DNA of 64,000 nucleotides from Lytechinus pictus (taxonomy: Eukaryota), in NCBI RefSeq assembly GCF_037042905.1, contig NC_087250.1, positions 23,562,001-23,626,000 on the forward strand. Direction: 5' to 3'. This document shows positions 52,486-64,000 of this stretch, one piece after another (positions within the stretch are counted from its first letter, which is position 1; each line of letters opens with the position of its first letter). The position numbers were made by a program, and so were the translations under genes. The notes beneath the pieces were generated by a model, which worked only from the letters and a program-made list of their open reading frames with translations, searched no databases and had not been told where the DNA came from.

Positions 52486-53075
52486 AGGGGAATCCAACCC
52501 AAATACAAACTTGCTTTTAGAGGAAAAGGAAGAATCAGACAAGTTGATAGGTGAAAGTTTTAAAAATATTGGACAAACAATAAGAAAGAATTTTTAAAAG
52601 TTGTGATTATTGGTAATCACTATACCCATGGAGATTTCAAATTGGCCACAAATATGATGTCATAGTGATGTAAAGCAAGGACTACTCTTCCATGTACTCC
52701 AATACATAAAATGGCTAAAATTACATTTTAAAAAAGAGTTTTATTTCAAATTATATTTTTCTTTCATGGGGACACAACACAATGTACTACCTAGGCTATA
52801 TTTAGATTACAGTCCCGTGGGAATGGGTACTTAAAAGAAAACTACAAATCACTGATAATAAATTACATGGCATATGGGAAAGTTGTCCGTGACACTTGTC
52901 ATAATTTACTTACCCAGTTGCCAATTTGAAATCTACATAGTCTTAGGAATCTCAATTTTAAAACAGCCATAACCTTCTTATTGCTTGTCCGATTTCTTTC
53001 AAACTTTCACCATTCTGTTTTATTTAATTTTCTCCTGTCAAACACAACATATTATGACCAAGGCTGGATTCCCCT
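52486..53075. mobile_element. TTAA-flanked (Kolobok-like) MITE
   Basis: TTAA|AGGGGAATCCAACC...GGCTGGATTCCCCT|TTAA. Confidence 0.85.
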
Positions 53076-53954
53076 TTAAGACATGGAGAACCATCAAACT
53101 CATTCCATTTATAGCCACTTTGATACCGCAATGATTAACTATGTAAGAAATGTGTTTCATTGCATATTTCTTGCAGATTGTAGACAAAATTGTCCTGCCT
53201 AACAACAGACTTACAGGCGAATTACAAAAGGAAACATGCTTTTGTAATGATATTTACTTTACGCTGCTTCTGGTTGGATAATATGAGCAGACACATTGCT
53301 CTCCTTTACAGGGGACAGCAAAAATAAATGTTGCAATATTTCTTAAGATATGATTTAAAATTTATCGACTGGCTGCATTTGGCCCCGGTTTTGACACATA
53401 GCATCAAAAATTGATACATTTTAACAAACTAATATAATATTTTTATAGTGTCGTAACATCCACTATTTTCGCTGAATAATAATAGTAATAATAATAATAG
53501 ATAATAATATTTGTTTATTTATGTTACTAAGTATTGTTATCTTTGATTTAGATTTTGACTTTATTTTCATGTATGATTTGATGATTTATGTTGTTCTTTA
53601 TGTTTTCATCAGGTCATTGATGAAAAACAGTTTTATGCTGATCTTTTGTACCTGAATAAATATGTTCTAATAAATAAATAAATAAGTAATCGATCATCCA
53701 ATTTGTTAATCGATTATTACATTTGGTGCGGATGACAAGAGGCGTTCTCAGCAAAATAAGTATGGGCGCTCATTATAATTTTATCCTCAAATTCCTTTAT
53801 GAATGAAATGTCAATTAATCGTTTATAAGAAACTTATATGTAAAAAGCATTGACATTGATTCAGTGTTGAAATTTATTTATATCATTTATAATTGGAAAC
53901 CAAAGATATGACTCACCACATTTGTTGTGATAAAAAGAATTTATATTCCAAAAG

Positions 53955-54038
53955 TTTGAACCTTCAATCGCTAACACATTTTGTGTACGGAATTTAGTTT
54001 TTGAGAAGCTTGAATGCAGTCCGTGTATTTTGAGCTTT
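53955..54038 (+). ncRNA. Putative Sm-class small RNA, copy 8
   Basis: GTTTTTGA followed by hairpin AGCTTGAATGCA-GTCCG-TGTATTTTGAGCT (54007-54036). The upstream 53687-53940 region is closely homologous to unit 7. Confidence 0.55.
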
Positions 54039-54574
54039 CATTGTGATATTTTATGTAAGGAAGCCTGTCTCTCCCTCCCCCCTTCCCCCAGACGATATGT
54101 TCGTGTTTGGTCCATAACTGGTCAAATATTAATCCCTCCGCTACCCACATGGTATAATTGCTACTTCGTCAACTCACAATTTCGTCTAATAACCATTTGG
54201 CCAAATAGCCGTCTCGTCCGTATACCGTTTGGTCTAATAAGCCAGTTCTCAGCAAAATAATTATGATGCCTCACTATCGTTTTATTCTCAATGTCCTTAG
54301 AATATCAAATGTCAATTTCATATTTAAAGGACATTGAGCAACAAATATTTAAAAAAATATATATATTAAACAACAAAATATTATTTTGTTTAATATTAAT
54401 ATTTTGTGTCAGATATTTGTTTAATATTAAAAAATATTAAACAAAAAATATAATATATCCAAAAAACATCGTTATTGATTCAGTGTTGAAAAAGATTTCA
54501 TTTCATTCACAATTGGAACAAAAAATAAGACCCACTGCTTTTCTTGTGATGAAAAAATCATTATATATTTTTGT

Positions 54575-54675
54575 ACCGTTTCTCATCAGTGTGTACGCTT
54601 TGCACGTGCGATTGACAATGATTGAATAAAACATTTTTTGAATAGCTCGGAATACAGTTCGTGTATTCTGAGCTT
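54575..54675 (+). ncRNA. Putative Sm-class small RNA, copy 9
   Basis: 5' hairpin TCAGTGTGTACG...CGTGCGATTGA, canonical ATTTTTTGA and a 13-bp hairpin AGCTCGGAATACA-GTTCG-TGTATTCTGAGCT (54644-54674). Upstream box at 54530. Confidence 0.55.
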
Positions 54676-54881
54676 CTGATCATTTCTGGGTATCTGCTTC
54701 CTCCCCTAATCCAGTGACCCGTAACGGTAACACAAAGCTTAGTGAATGATTGTAGAACATTTTTCTACAATTGATTGCATTGACTACAATGTACAATCAA
54801 ACGTAAGAATCGAGCGTACGATTAATCGCTAACCTTTGTGTTACGAGACCCAGGTCACTGATTCGATCAATCACATCTACA

Positions 54882-55108
54882 CACTGTAAAAACTGTGGTG
54901 TTAAAACTGACACCAATTGGTGTTAATAGAGGACCACACCCTGAGGTGTTAAAATAACACCCTAGAGATTGAACATAACACCAAAGGGTGTAAATGTAAC
55001 AACCATAGGTGTTGTAATAACACCTATAGGTGTAAAACTAACACCATCAATTTAACACCGGTGTAAAATAACTGGTGTGGTCCGGTTAACACCACAGTTT
55101 TTGCTGTG
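54882..55108. mobile_element. EnSpm/CACTA-like palindromic MITE
   Basis: CACTGTAAAAACTGTGGTGTT...AACACCACAGTTTTTGCTGTG with a 2-bp CA TSD. Confidence 0.8.
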
Positions 55109-58100
55109 CAGACACTGTGTGTTTCCGTAAATTTATAACAAATTTCCCGAAACTGAATCCCAAAATTTCCCGAAATTCATAGACATTAAATTTTCCTCGA
55201 ATTTTCATGTTTGGTTTTTAACAAATCTTTGATAATGTTAGAGCAAGCTTAAACTCGGTCAAAGTGACCAAAATCAAGGACTTTACCCTTTTTTTGCTCA
55301 TGCCGTTTTAGGAACAAAATTTTGAAATGCGAGCGCAGAAAGCGAGCAGAAAATTTTGAGCTAACTATGAGACAAACAATTCTTAAAATATTGAAAGTTG
55401 TTATGTTTAATTGTAATTTTCGGAGTCCCGGAATTACATGGATTTTTTTTCTTTACCCAAAAATTACCTGAAAATTATCCGAATTCGGGAAATTTCATTC
55501 AAAGTGGAAACTTTGTATGGACGGCCAGCAATGTCAACATCTTTAATGAAAAATTTCTTCAAAATTATTTTCCGGATTCATTCATCGTTCTCTTGAAGAT
55601 TTAGTGTGTCTCTCTGTTCAAGGAGATGGTGCAAATTTCCTGTATTATTATGACATTGATGGACTTCCATACAGCTGAGGTTGATTGGATCAATCGTAAC
55701 TCTTTGTAAGACGGGGCCCATGGGTGTGTGTTTCATAAAGCTGTTCGCCATGTTTCGCACATTACCACGGCGACAGAAATATGGGGCCTGTTGCAGAAAG
55801 AGTTGTAATCAAACGCAACTCTACAAATCATGCACAACTCGATATTCAACCAATCAACAGCGTGCATTTTGGACTTGCGATTGATTTTTGACTTGAACAG
55901 TAGGTGTGACGCAAGGATTTACGCCAGTGACGACTAAATTCTATAGCCTAAACAAGGAAAGCTATTATGACATGAATTGAATGGGGAAATATAGAAGAAA
56001 AAAAATGGTGGGGGGGGGGGTCGTTGTCTAGTTGTTAAGGACTCTCGATACCTACCGAAGAATATATGCGGATGGATCACTCTATTCAGAGTCATTGATA
56101 TAATGGCTCTGTTAATTCATAGAGGTCCGATAATGATTTATTAAAGCTTGATCTCATTCTTCGATATTTCACAATCCCTTCATTGGTACCGTCAATAGAG
56201 GGCGTTTGTCAACAGAGCGATCACCTGTCGGACTCTCGCCTATATGAAGAGACGGTACTATACTAGTATTTAGACAGAAAGGTTTCGCGGAAACATAAGG
56301 CCTTATCTATTGAAAATAATACAAATAAAATCATTATATTGATATGAGAACGTTTCGTTTGGAGTATATAATCTTTTTTTTTAATGATAGCGCATTTAAA
56401 AATCAATCAACAACAACAACGCTCCATAAAGACCTCGGATAAACTGAAGATTAATTTACATCCGAATTTGATGACATTTTCAGAGTTATGCTTGAGATTT
56501 TTCTATATGGATTCAAATCAACATCTTGTTGGGGTGGACTTGACCTTTAAAGTGGTCCACCAATTCTGCTTATGAAATATTCCCAAGCAGAGGCGTACAG
56601 ATGGGGGCGCTGCCCCCCCCCCCCCTCCCACACAAACAAACACGCGATTTTCACGACCAACAAAAAAAAGTGAAAACGAAAATGAAAGATATGATAGTTT
56701 TTTTTATTTCTGACTATTGTATCAAAATCTTTCACAAAATTTGAGCTTTTTAACAAAAATGTCAGAATGTTTGTTCATAGCTCGCTTCGCTCGCAACATT
56801 CACCCCAGTGTAGATATCATTAAAAGCACAAGAAGAAACTTAAAAATAATTTTCTGAAATCATACGCAGGTCATCATTTTCACAATTTTGAATAATCATA
56901 TCATTAAATTCATTATTTCATGCCTCTTTAACTTATTTTCTTTTTTATCCGCGCGTTGAAGTCCTGCTCTATTATCTTTATCTCTTTTCCCTTTTATTTT
57001 CATACCCCTTGTGTGTGTTCCATTTTTTCTTGTTCTTTGTTTTTTGTTCTTCTGTTCTCTTTTTTGTCACCTGTGTCCGTCTTCATAGGCAATTCTACAA
57101 TAACTATTTAAAGGGGTTCACACAATACAAGCACTGCTTTTTAGTGGATCCCTCCATTTTCTCTGAATTTTATTTATATAATGTTTATGATATTCTGCTT
57201 ATGCATGTATATAATACTTTGTTTTGTTTTACTTATGGAAAAATATCATTATATTGAACATGCCTCAATTTGTATTGTCTGTGTAAGTTCATTGTAATTA
57301 TTTCGACCACTTTACTTTGTTCTGTTGAAAATGAATAATTGAAATTGAATTGAAAAATATCTCACCCACTTTAAATTGTTGCCCCATACACCATTGTTCC
57401 ATATAAAGACTGATTTAATCCCCATAATATATCTTTAAGAATGTTTTAATACATGCATGAATCCGATCTTATATACTTAAAAGCTCCGAAATGGGGTTGG
57501 ATATTTGTTAAAGGAGAGAAGAGAAATATGAAATTGCTTCAAGACGTTACTAACGAGTTAGTTTTGGGTCATCTTTGGTACAAACAGATACAGATTAATA
57601 GCGCCCTCTTAGACCGGGACCGAGCTGATGGTTCATAATCGAGCTCTTACAATAATTGTAAGAGCAAACTCCCCCAATGAATTACAAACAATTGGAGAAA
57701 AAAGAAAGAAAGTAACACAAAAAAGGTGAAAAATAATATTTTATTTTGTTAATATAGGTTTTCCCGTCCAATTTGGTCAAAATTTCAACCGATTTAATGA
57801 TGTAATAATTCAATTTGCAACTAATTTGAATGGCCTATAAGATCAACATTTAAATGGCAAAATACTTAATTCAATTTAATTTTATTGGCATACGATTTCA
57901 TGGTTATCTCATTTAAACATGTATAAGGAATGATCAAATTAAAATAGCTGAAGAAGTGTTTTAAAATTCGCATTGGTACCCTCCTTTAGAACATTTAGGA
58001 ATTCAAAATCATAAATATGCAATCACTTATAGGATATCGACAGTGTTATTCGTTGGTGTGTTTTTTATCTTCTTTTAAATAATTATGGAAATGGGTTTTA

Positions 58101-58202
58101 CTTTTAAATTGGATGTTTACCATTATCCATCTGACAAACCATCATCGAAACAAGTACTCGTTTTTGTTCCACTTTCATAACTATAGACTTTGGTCAATAC
58201 CA

Positions 58203-58455
58203 CACTGCAAAGACTCCGGTGTTGATTTAACACCAGCCCGGAATCTATATATGTCCACACTAGAAAAGTGTTAAACAACACCAGTTTCGTTTTGGTCTAA
58301 CACCAGAAAGGTGTTTATACAACACCAATTAGTTTTAATTAATTAAAACAGCATCGGTTTGACTTCAAACTGGTGTTGCTTCAATACTTCTCCGGTGTGG
58401 ACATAATGTATAGATTCCGGGCTGGTGTTAAATCAACACCGGAGTTTTTGCTGTG
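58203..58455. mobile_element. EnSpm/CACTA-like palindromic MITE
   Basis: CACTGCAAAGACTCCGGTGTT...AACACCGGAGTTTTTGCTGTG with a 2-bp CA TSD. Confidence 0.82.
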
Positions 58456-61400
58456 CATGTCTCTATCCCTTCCCAAACACAATATAAATTACAATTATAA
58501 ATAAAAACGAGAAAAGAAGAAGAAGAAGAAGAAGAAGAAGATGATGAAGAAAAAAAACCTGCCATAGGCATAGGTCATCATCCACCCACTCACCAATCAC
58601 TAGAAGAATAACCGTTTACAATCATATCCTATAAGTGTTACATGAATTACGTCTTTATCAAACATAATGCAATAAAATGAATCTAACTAAAAAGATCAGA
58701 AAAATAGAAAGATAAGATAAAGTTTGAACAAATATTGTATAACGTGATAAAAAAGGGAACACGGAACATGTTATCTGAATTTGGACTTTTAAAGTGCAAA
58801 TATGTGTGCCGATGAATGAAATTGAAAATGGTATTTAAGGCGAAATTAAACGATCAGTCCGTCGTAGCGAAATTAATTGACAACTTTGGTCCATTAATTT
58901 GAACGAATTTCTCTCTAAATTGAATTTCTACAAAATTCAAAGGAATGATATAGAACGGAATTGAATGCTGAATAAATGAAAATGAACCATGTGTGCACAG
59001 GGTGGACAAAAACATTTCGAATTTGAACGTCCTGTCATTGATTTAAATGCAACTCTGATGAAATTGGACGGGAAAACGGTTATGCCTAGTGTCAAAGTAT
59101 ATACAAACATTAGATTTTTTATTGAAAAGGGTCTAAATTTTTCCTCGCTGGCTGCTTTTTACGATTTTTCTCTACATTGACACAATGTTTGGCAAATTCA
59201 TGACGCACGTCACTGGTTTCCATCATATCATCTCCGTGTGCGCCGCTCAATAAACTATATGTATTGTTTTCTTGTCATGATAAATTTACTGATATAATTT
59301 TTTCTTGAGAATATCAATCCGTTAATTTGTATCTGATAAATATCAATTTGTATAATATTTTGAAGGAAATAAAATAAATAATTGAATTTACTTGACTTGA
59401 ATTGAAATCAAAGTTTGATTAATTAATTTGTTTAAGTAGTTAAATTAATTAATTTAAGTAGGATTTACGTTAAGATTTGGTTATATGTAAAATTTGATAA
59501 TTATCCAATTTTTGTTGATATAAGACAATAAAATTCGAATCTGAGCCTGAAAGTCTGTATACGCTTGCTTTTTTGGGGGGAGGTAAATATTCAAGTTTAA
59601 ACTCTTATAGAAGTGACTTACATCCAACTAATTCAAATTTGTCTTCGTTGTGTTTATATAAATTATAACGTAGTGGTCTGACCATATATTGAAAAAGAAA
59701 TAGGCCTACAATATTTAGAACATTATAAATTCTTTATATTCTATATTATTCAATAATTCTACAGTCACCACAAGAGCATGATCTGTAGAAAAGGTGGAAT
59801 CTGCTATCGTTTTTTTTTTCGTTTTCAACACATTTTTTACGAACGATTCATCTTTTCATTTTTTGGTAAATATAAAATGTTGAAATATTACCCGGTTTTA
59901 TACATGGCACTGGGAAGCAGGGATGCTCCTAGTAAGTTTAGAAAAATGGAGAAATGTAAACAAAATGACCAACAGTTAGTGTAGACCCGCCCCCTTTTTT
60001 TTTCTTCTTTTTTTTTCTTTTTTTTTTTGCTTGTAAAATTTCTCGGGACCAAAATCACCTCATTACTTTGCAGAAACAACCCCTTTTTTTTTGCTTGTCA
60101 AATTAACATCAGCACCCCCTAAACAAAAAAAAACTTTGCCAGGATCTCCCAGATCCTGATCTAAATATATGCCCAAACTGTACTTGATTTTTGTGTGTGT
60201 GTGTATATAATAGGATTACTATTTACAACGATGTTTTCAATTGGAGGCACACACAAGCTCCACTTTTTTTTTGCAGCATCATCCATTCCCAAACCTTTAC
60301 TATTATTGTACGTAAAAATGTATTTATGTTTGTTTTTATCAAGATGTACGAAAACGAAATTAAAATTGTAATCGATGGAAATGGAAATACATAAAACAAA
60401 ATAAGCTATGCACATTAATTATGGTGGGGGCAATGGAGCCCCCCCCCTTCTGTTCGCCACATTCCCCGACGCCCAATCAATACACGCCCCAATCTGACGT
60501 TCTACCTCAAACTCTATCTGATATAATTATCCGTTCCAGTTATTTCTTTCCTACCAAAACTCTCCCCAATCCACTGCCCGCAGACAATAAACCCCTTGCA
60601 AGAAGTAACTCCATAAAATCAATAAGCGTAGTCATTTCACAACTCGCCATAATACGTACAATAGGGACAATAGAGATAGCTATGTTTATCCCTTTTATTC
60701 TCTTTTGATGCGCGCTTTCTGTAGAATCATGGACGCTTGGTTCTATTATTTTGGCCTGTCTCTGTTATCTGTAGTTTTCTTTTGACAGTAGGGTTTGTAA
60801 AACACTCTCGTAAATTGCTAACGACACTCGAAGTGGTGTTACTATCTTACGCTGAAATAGACCCCTGGGTGCTCGAGAAATCTGCTTGGGATCATTGTTG
60901 ATTGTATAATAATAATAATAATTGTAACTGGTTGATTCTGATATAATTATTATAGGCAATTTTTTCATGGTAACATCAATTTTGCAACATAGGCTAAAAA
61001 CTCTGCTCTTCTCATAAAGATACATTCAATTCAATTTATTTATTCAACCATCAAAAGGATGAATATAGTACAAGATAAAAGATTAACAAAGTAGCAGAAA
61101 AACAAAACAAATAAATGGCTCGGAGAGGCAATGCTTATTAAAAGGGTCACTATACATTCCAAATAACCAGTGTGAAGATAACAGAAATCACATTATTTAT
61201 AATGATAATAAAAACTACAAAATAATGCGGTTTGATAAAATTATTACAAAATTAAAAAGAGTGACAATCTTCTTTAAAAAGACTTAAATAAATTATCATT
61301 ATACACATGCATAAAACGTATCGATCCACATATTTTTTTAAACGACAACTGCACTAGAAAATGTCAGTGAAAAAAAAGTGCGCGAAAATAACTAGGTCGT

Positions 61401-61491
61401 AAAACTATGTGACGCTCACTTTTATTAATTATTGTTTTGTAAACTTATACAGTACGATAGTATATAATTATTTCTGGATACGTTACGTTCA

Positions 61492-61648
61492 GGGGAGTGT
61501 TTCATCAACATTTTTGTCCGACAAGTTGTCAGATCTGACATCTTTCCTTGATTCTGATTGGCTGAGAAGCACTGTTACTATGGTAACTGTCGGATAAATG
61601 GGACTTGTCGGATAAAACGTCCGACAAGTCCTTTCATGAAACGCCCAC
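61492..61648. mobile_element. Harbinger-like MITE
   Basis: GGGAGTGTTTCATCAAC...TTTCATGAAACGCCC, same family as the 50.7-50.9 kb elements. Confidence 0.75.
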
Positions 61649-62848
61649 CTGATCATACAAAATAGTATACATATTATATTAAGAGAACAAAAAAAAAAAA
61701 ACACAAATTGCTTCGATCATGAATAATTTTGTAAATGCATAAATTTTGTAAATGGATCAATTTTGTAAATGGATTAATAGAAACCATCTATTTGGATCAA
61801 TCATAATTATTTTGTTGAATTGTATCGGTTATGTAATGAGCTAATTTTTTTTTGAGGGGCCAGACATGACGTATGGGGTAATAAAAAAAAGGCTGTGAGA
61901 AGGCAAAGCGAGCGCGCAAAAATGTTGACCTTTTCATTACAAAACTACAATTCTATAATAGATTTTGTCATAATATTCAGAAAAATGTTTCACAACATTT
62001 CCTTTTTCTCCACCTTTTTTCTTGGTAATTATAATTTTTGGGGTCCTAGGCCCCAACCACCCCCGACTCTAAAAACGACTGGTGATCCTTTCTTGTGGTA
62101 AATGATATAATAAATTGGCGATGGTTTAGCGCGTAAGAAATGATCACCATGCAGTCGTTCTTAAAGTCGCTCTTATCTTACGAACAGCTTTATGAAACGA
62201 CCCCCAGGATTGATAATGTTTCTCTCAAAATGACGATATATTAATTGCGTACCACAAAAAAAATGTAGTTTATAAAAAGAAGACCACCATGAAAAATTTG
62301 GATAAAAAATAGTTGTGTTTAGTCATTTTTGTAGGTGCCAGTGTATTTTGGTAAAAGGGTGGGGCTAAAGTTCATGAAGGGAGCTAAATATCATATAAAT
62401 ATCGTTACAAAGTCGTGATCAATTCATGTACTTCATATGCCCACTTTTTTCCCTTTCTCTTTCAATTTATTATCTTTATAAGCTGCCAAATAGATTCACA
62501 TTCGGGAAATTCAGGTGAGTGAAATATCATAACCTAATTCCTATATACAATAATGATTACAGGTCGTTTTACCGTTTAGAAATATTCTTTTATCATTTTT
62601 CAGTCTATGAATATTTTGAAGAGGATGATTTACCTCGCTCGCTGCTCTCGCTCGTCACATCACCCTGGAAGAGTCGTGGTGAAGTTGTTCTGATTCTCGC
62701 CTTCTTATCTTCCATTTCTACCTCTTTTTCTTCTTACTATTTTTTTTTCTCTCCCTAAAAAACCCCACACTATTAAAGGGTTGGTCGATAGTCCACTGCA
62801 AGCCTCTGTTCCTTTTTATTGAAGGTACGGACTTCAGAAGTAAAGACT

Positions 62849-63100
62849 ATGATGATGATGATGACGACGACGATGAATAAGAGGATGATGATAATGAGGA
62901 TGAGGATGATGGTCATGATGATAATAATAATAATGATGATGATGATAGTGATGATGGTGAGGATGATGATGACGATAATGATGGTGATGATGATAATGAT
63001 GACGACGATGATGGTGATGATGATGATGATAATGATGGTGCTGAAGATGCTGCTGTTATCGCTGCTGATGATGATGTTGGTGATGATGATGATGATGACG
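62849..63100. repeat. (GAT)n-type microsatellite
   Basis: Simple repeat. Source of the poly-M/I ORFs. Confidence 0.97.
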
Positions 63101-63569
63101 AACCGCATTCGTTTAATCATAATCAAGATCGATTTTGTTCAAGCCGTATACCTTTCGCATAGATTATTTTCAAATTACGTATTCTATATTATGTGTTCAA
63201 TTGTTTTTTGTGTTGCTTTTTAAAGGGGGCTATTTGTCGCTCAATCTTTTGAAAAGTCTAATATTGTAGATCTACCTCGACTGATTTGACTGTATGTACT
63301 AGGAGCAGTGGCAACTACAACATACATTGCCATGTCCTACAACGTATCCTTACCTAAATCTTTATTTCTCTGTGGGTTTTCGTCATTATTTTGTGTTTAA
63401 ACATTTTTTAAATATTTGTATGATAAACTTCAAACTGTGTACTCTATAATGTCCAAATGTTTGAAAATAATTTGGAAATAAAGTCTTTCTAAATAGTAAA
63501 AATACAGTTAATAGAAAAAATAAATGAATTTAACAATGATGTCAAATATATATATATATATATATATAT

Positions 63570-63727
63570 CGCTATTTGCAAAGTATCAAATTCGATTCGT
63601 AAAAAATGGCTTGATTGTATCTCATTTTAAATTGGTTCTGCATAGGGAAAAACAAACAGCGCTATTTGCAAAGTATCAAAGTCAATTGGTAAAAAATGGC
63701 TTGATTGTATCTCATTTTAAATTGAAA
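63570..63727. repeat. Direct duplication of ~66 bp with a 90-bp period
   Basis: GCTATTTGCAAAGTATCAAA...AAAAAATGGCTTGATTGTATCTCATTTTAAATTG occurs at 63571 and 63661. Confidence 0.85.
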
Positions 63728-64000
63728 TACAAGCACACACAAGATTAAGAAACATTGATTTACTTTATGTGATATACACCTGTTAATTACTGCCTCCCAA
63801 TGATATCATATCAACCCTTCTTTGAAATTCCCTTCTAGTAAACCAGCGAAGCCTGACAGACTTGGCTTGCTGTAACCATTGTTAGAGAAGTCATACACTG
63901 TTAGAACAGCAAAGGGCTCACCGCCCCCCTAAACAAACAATTAGTAAGAAAGCTCTTTTGAAAGATTTCCGAATGAGTATAAAAAGCAAGAAACGATAAT

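Overview
AT-rich, repeat-dense animal genomic DNA. The repeat families and receptor type suggest an echinoderm, probably a sea urchin; this is inference, not established. The only intact host protein genes are two intronless rhodopsin-class GPCR paralogs on the minus strand (13073-14161, 21831-22931). They sit in a ~3 kb tandem duplication separated by decayed CR1/L2-type LINEs. A third, near full-length LINE lies at ~45.7-50.2 kb. Most of the rest is nested non-autonomous DNA transposons (TTAA/Kolobok-like, hAT, Harbinger-like, EnSpm-like), SINEs and mini/microsatellites. The main unexplained signal is a dispersed cluster of at least nine diverged ~350-bp units between 27.3 and 54.7 kb. Each unit has paired ATCGAT distal motifs, a proximal conserved box at near-constant spacing, a variable 5' region that usually forms a hairpin, an Sm-site-like U-tract and a 12-13 bp 3' hairpin with compensatory substitutions. 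This layout fits a family of small Sm-class snRNA-like genes that I cannot match to U1-U12 or U7. A TSD-flanked SINE with a 7SL/Alu-like head (27753-27934) is also notable.
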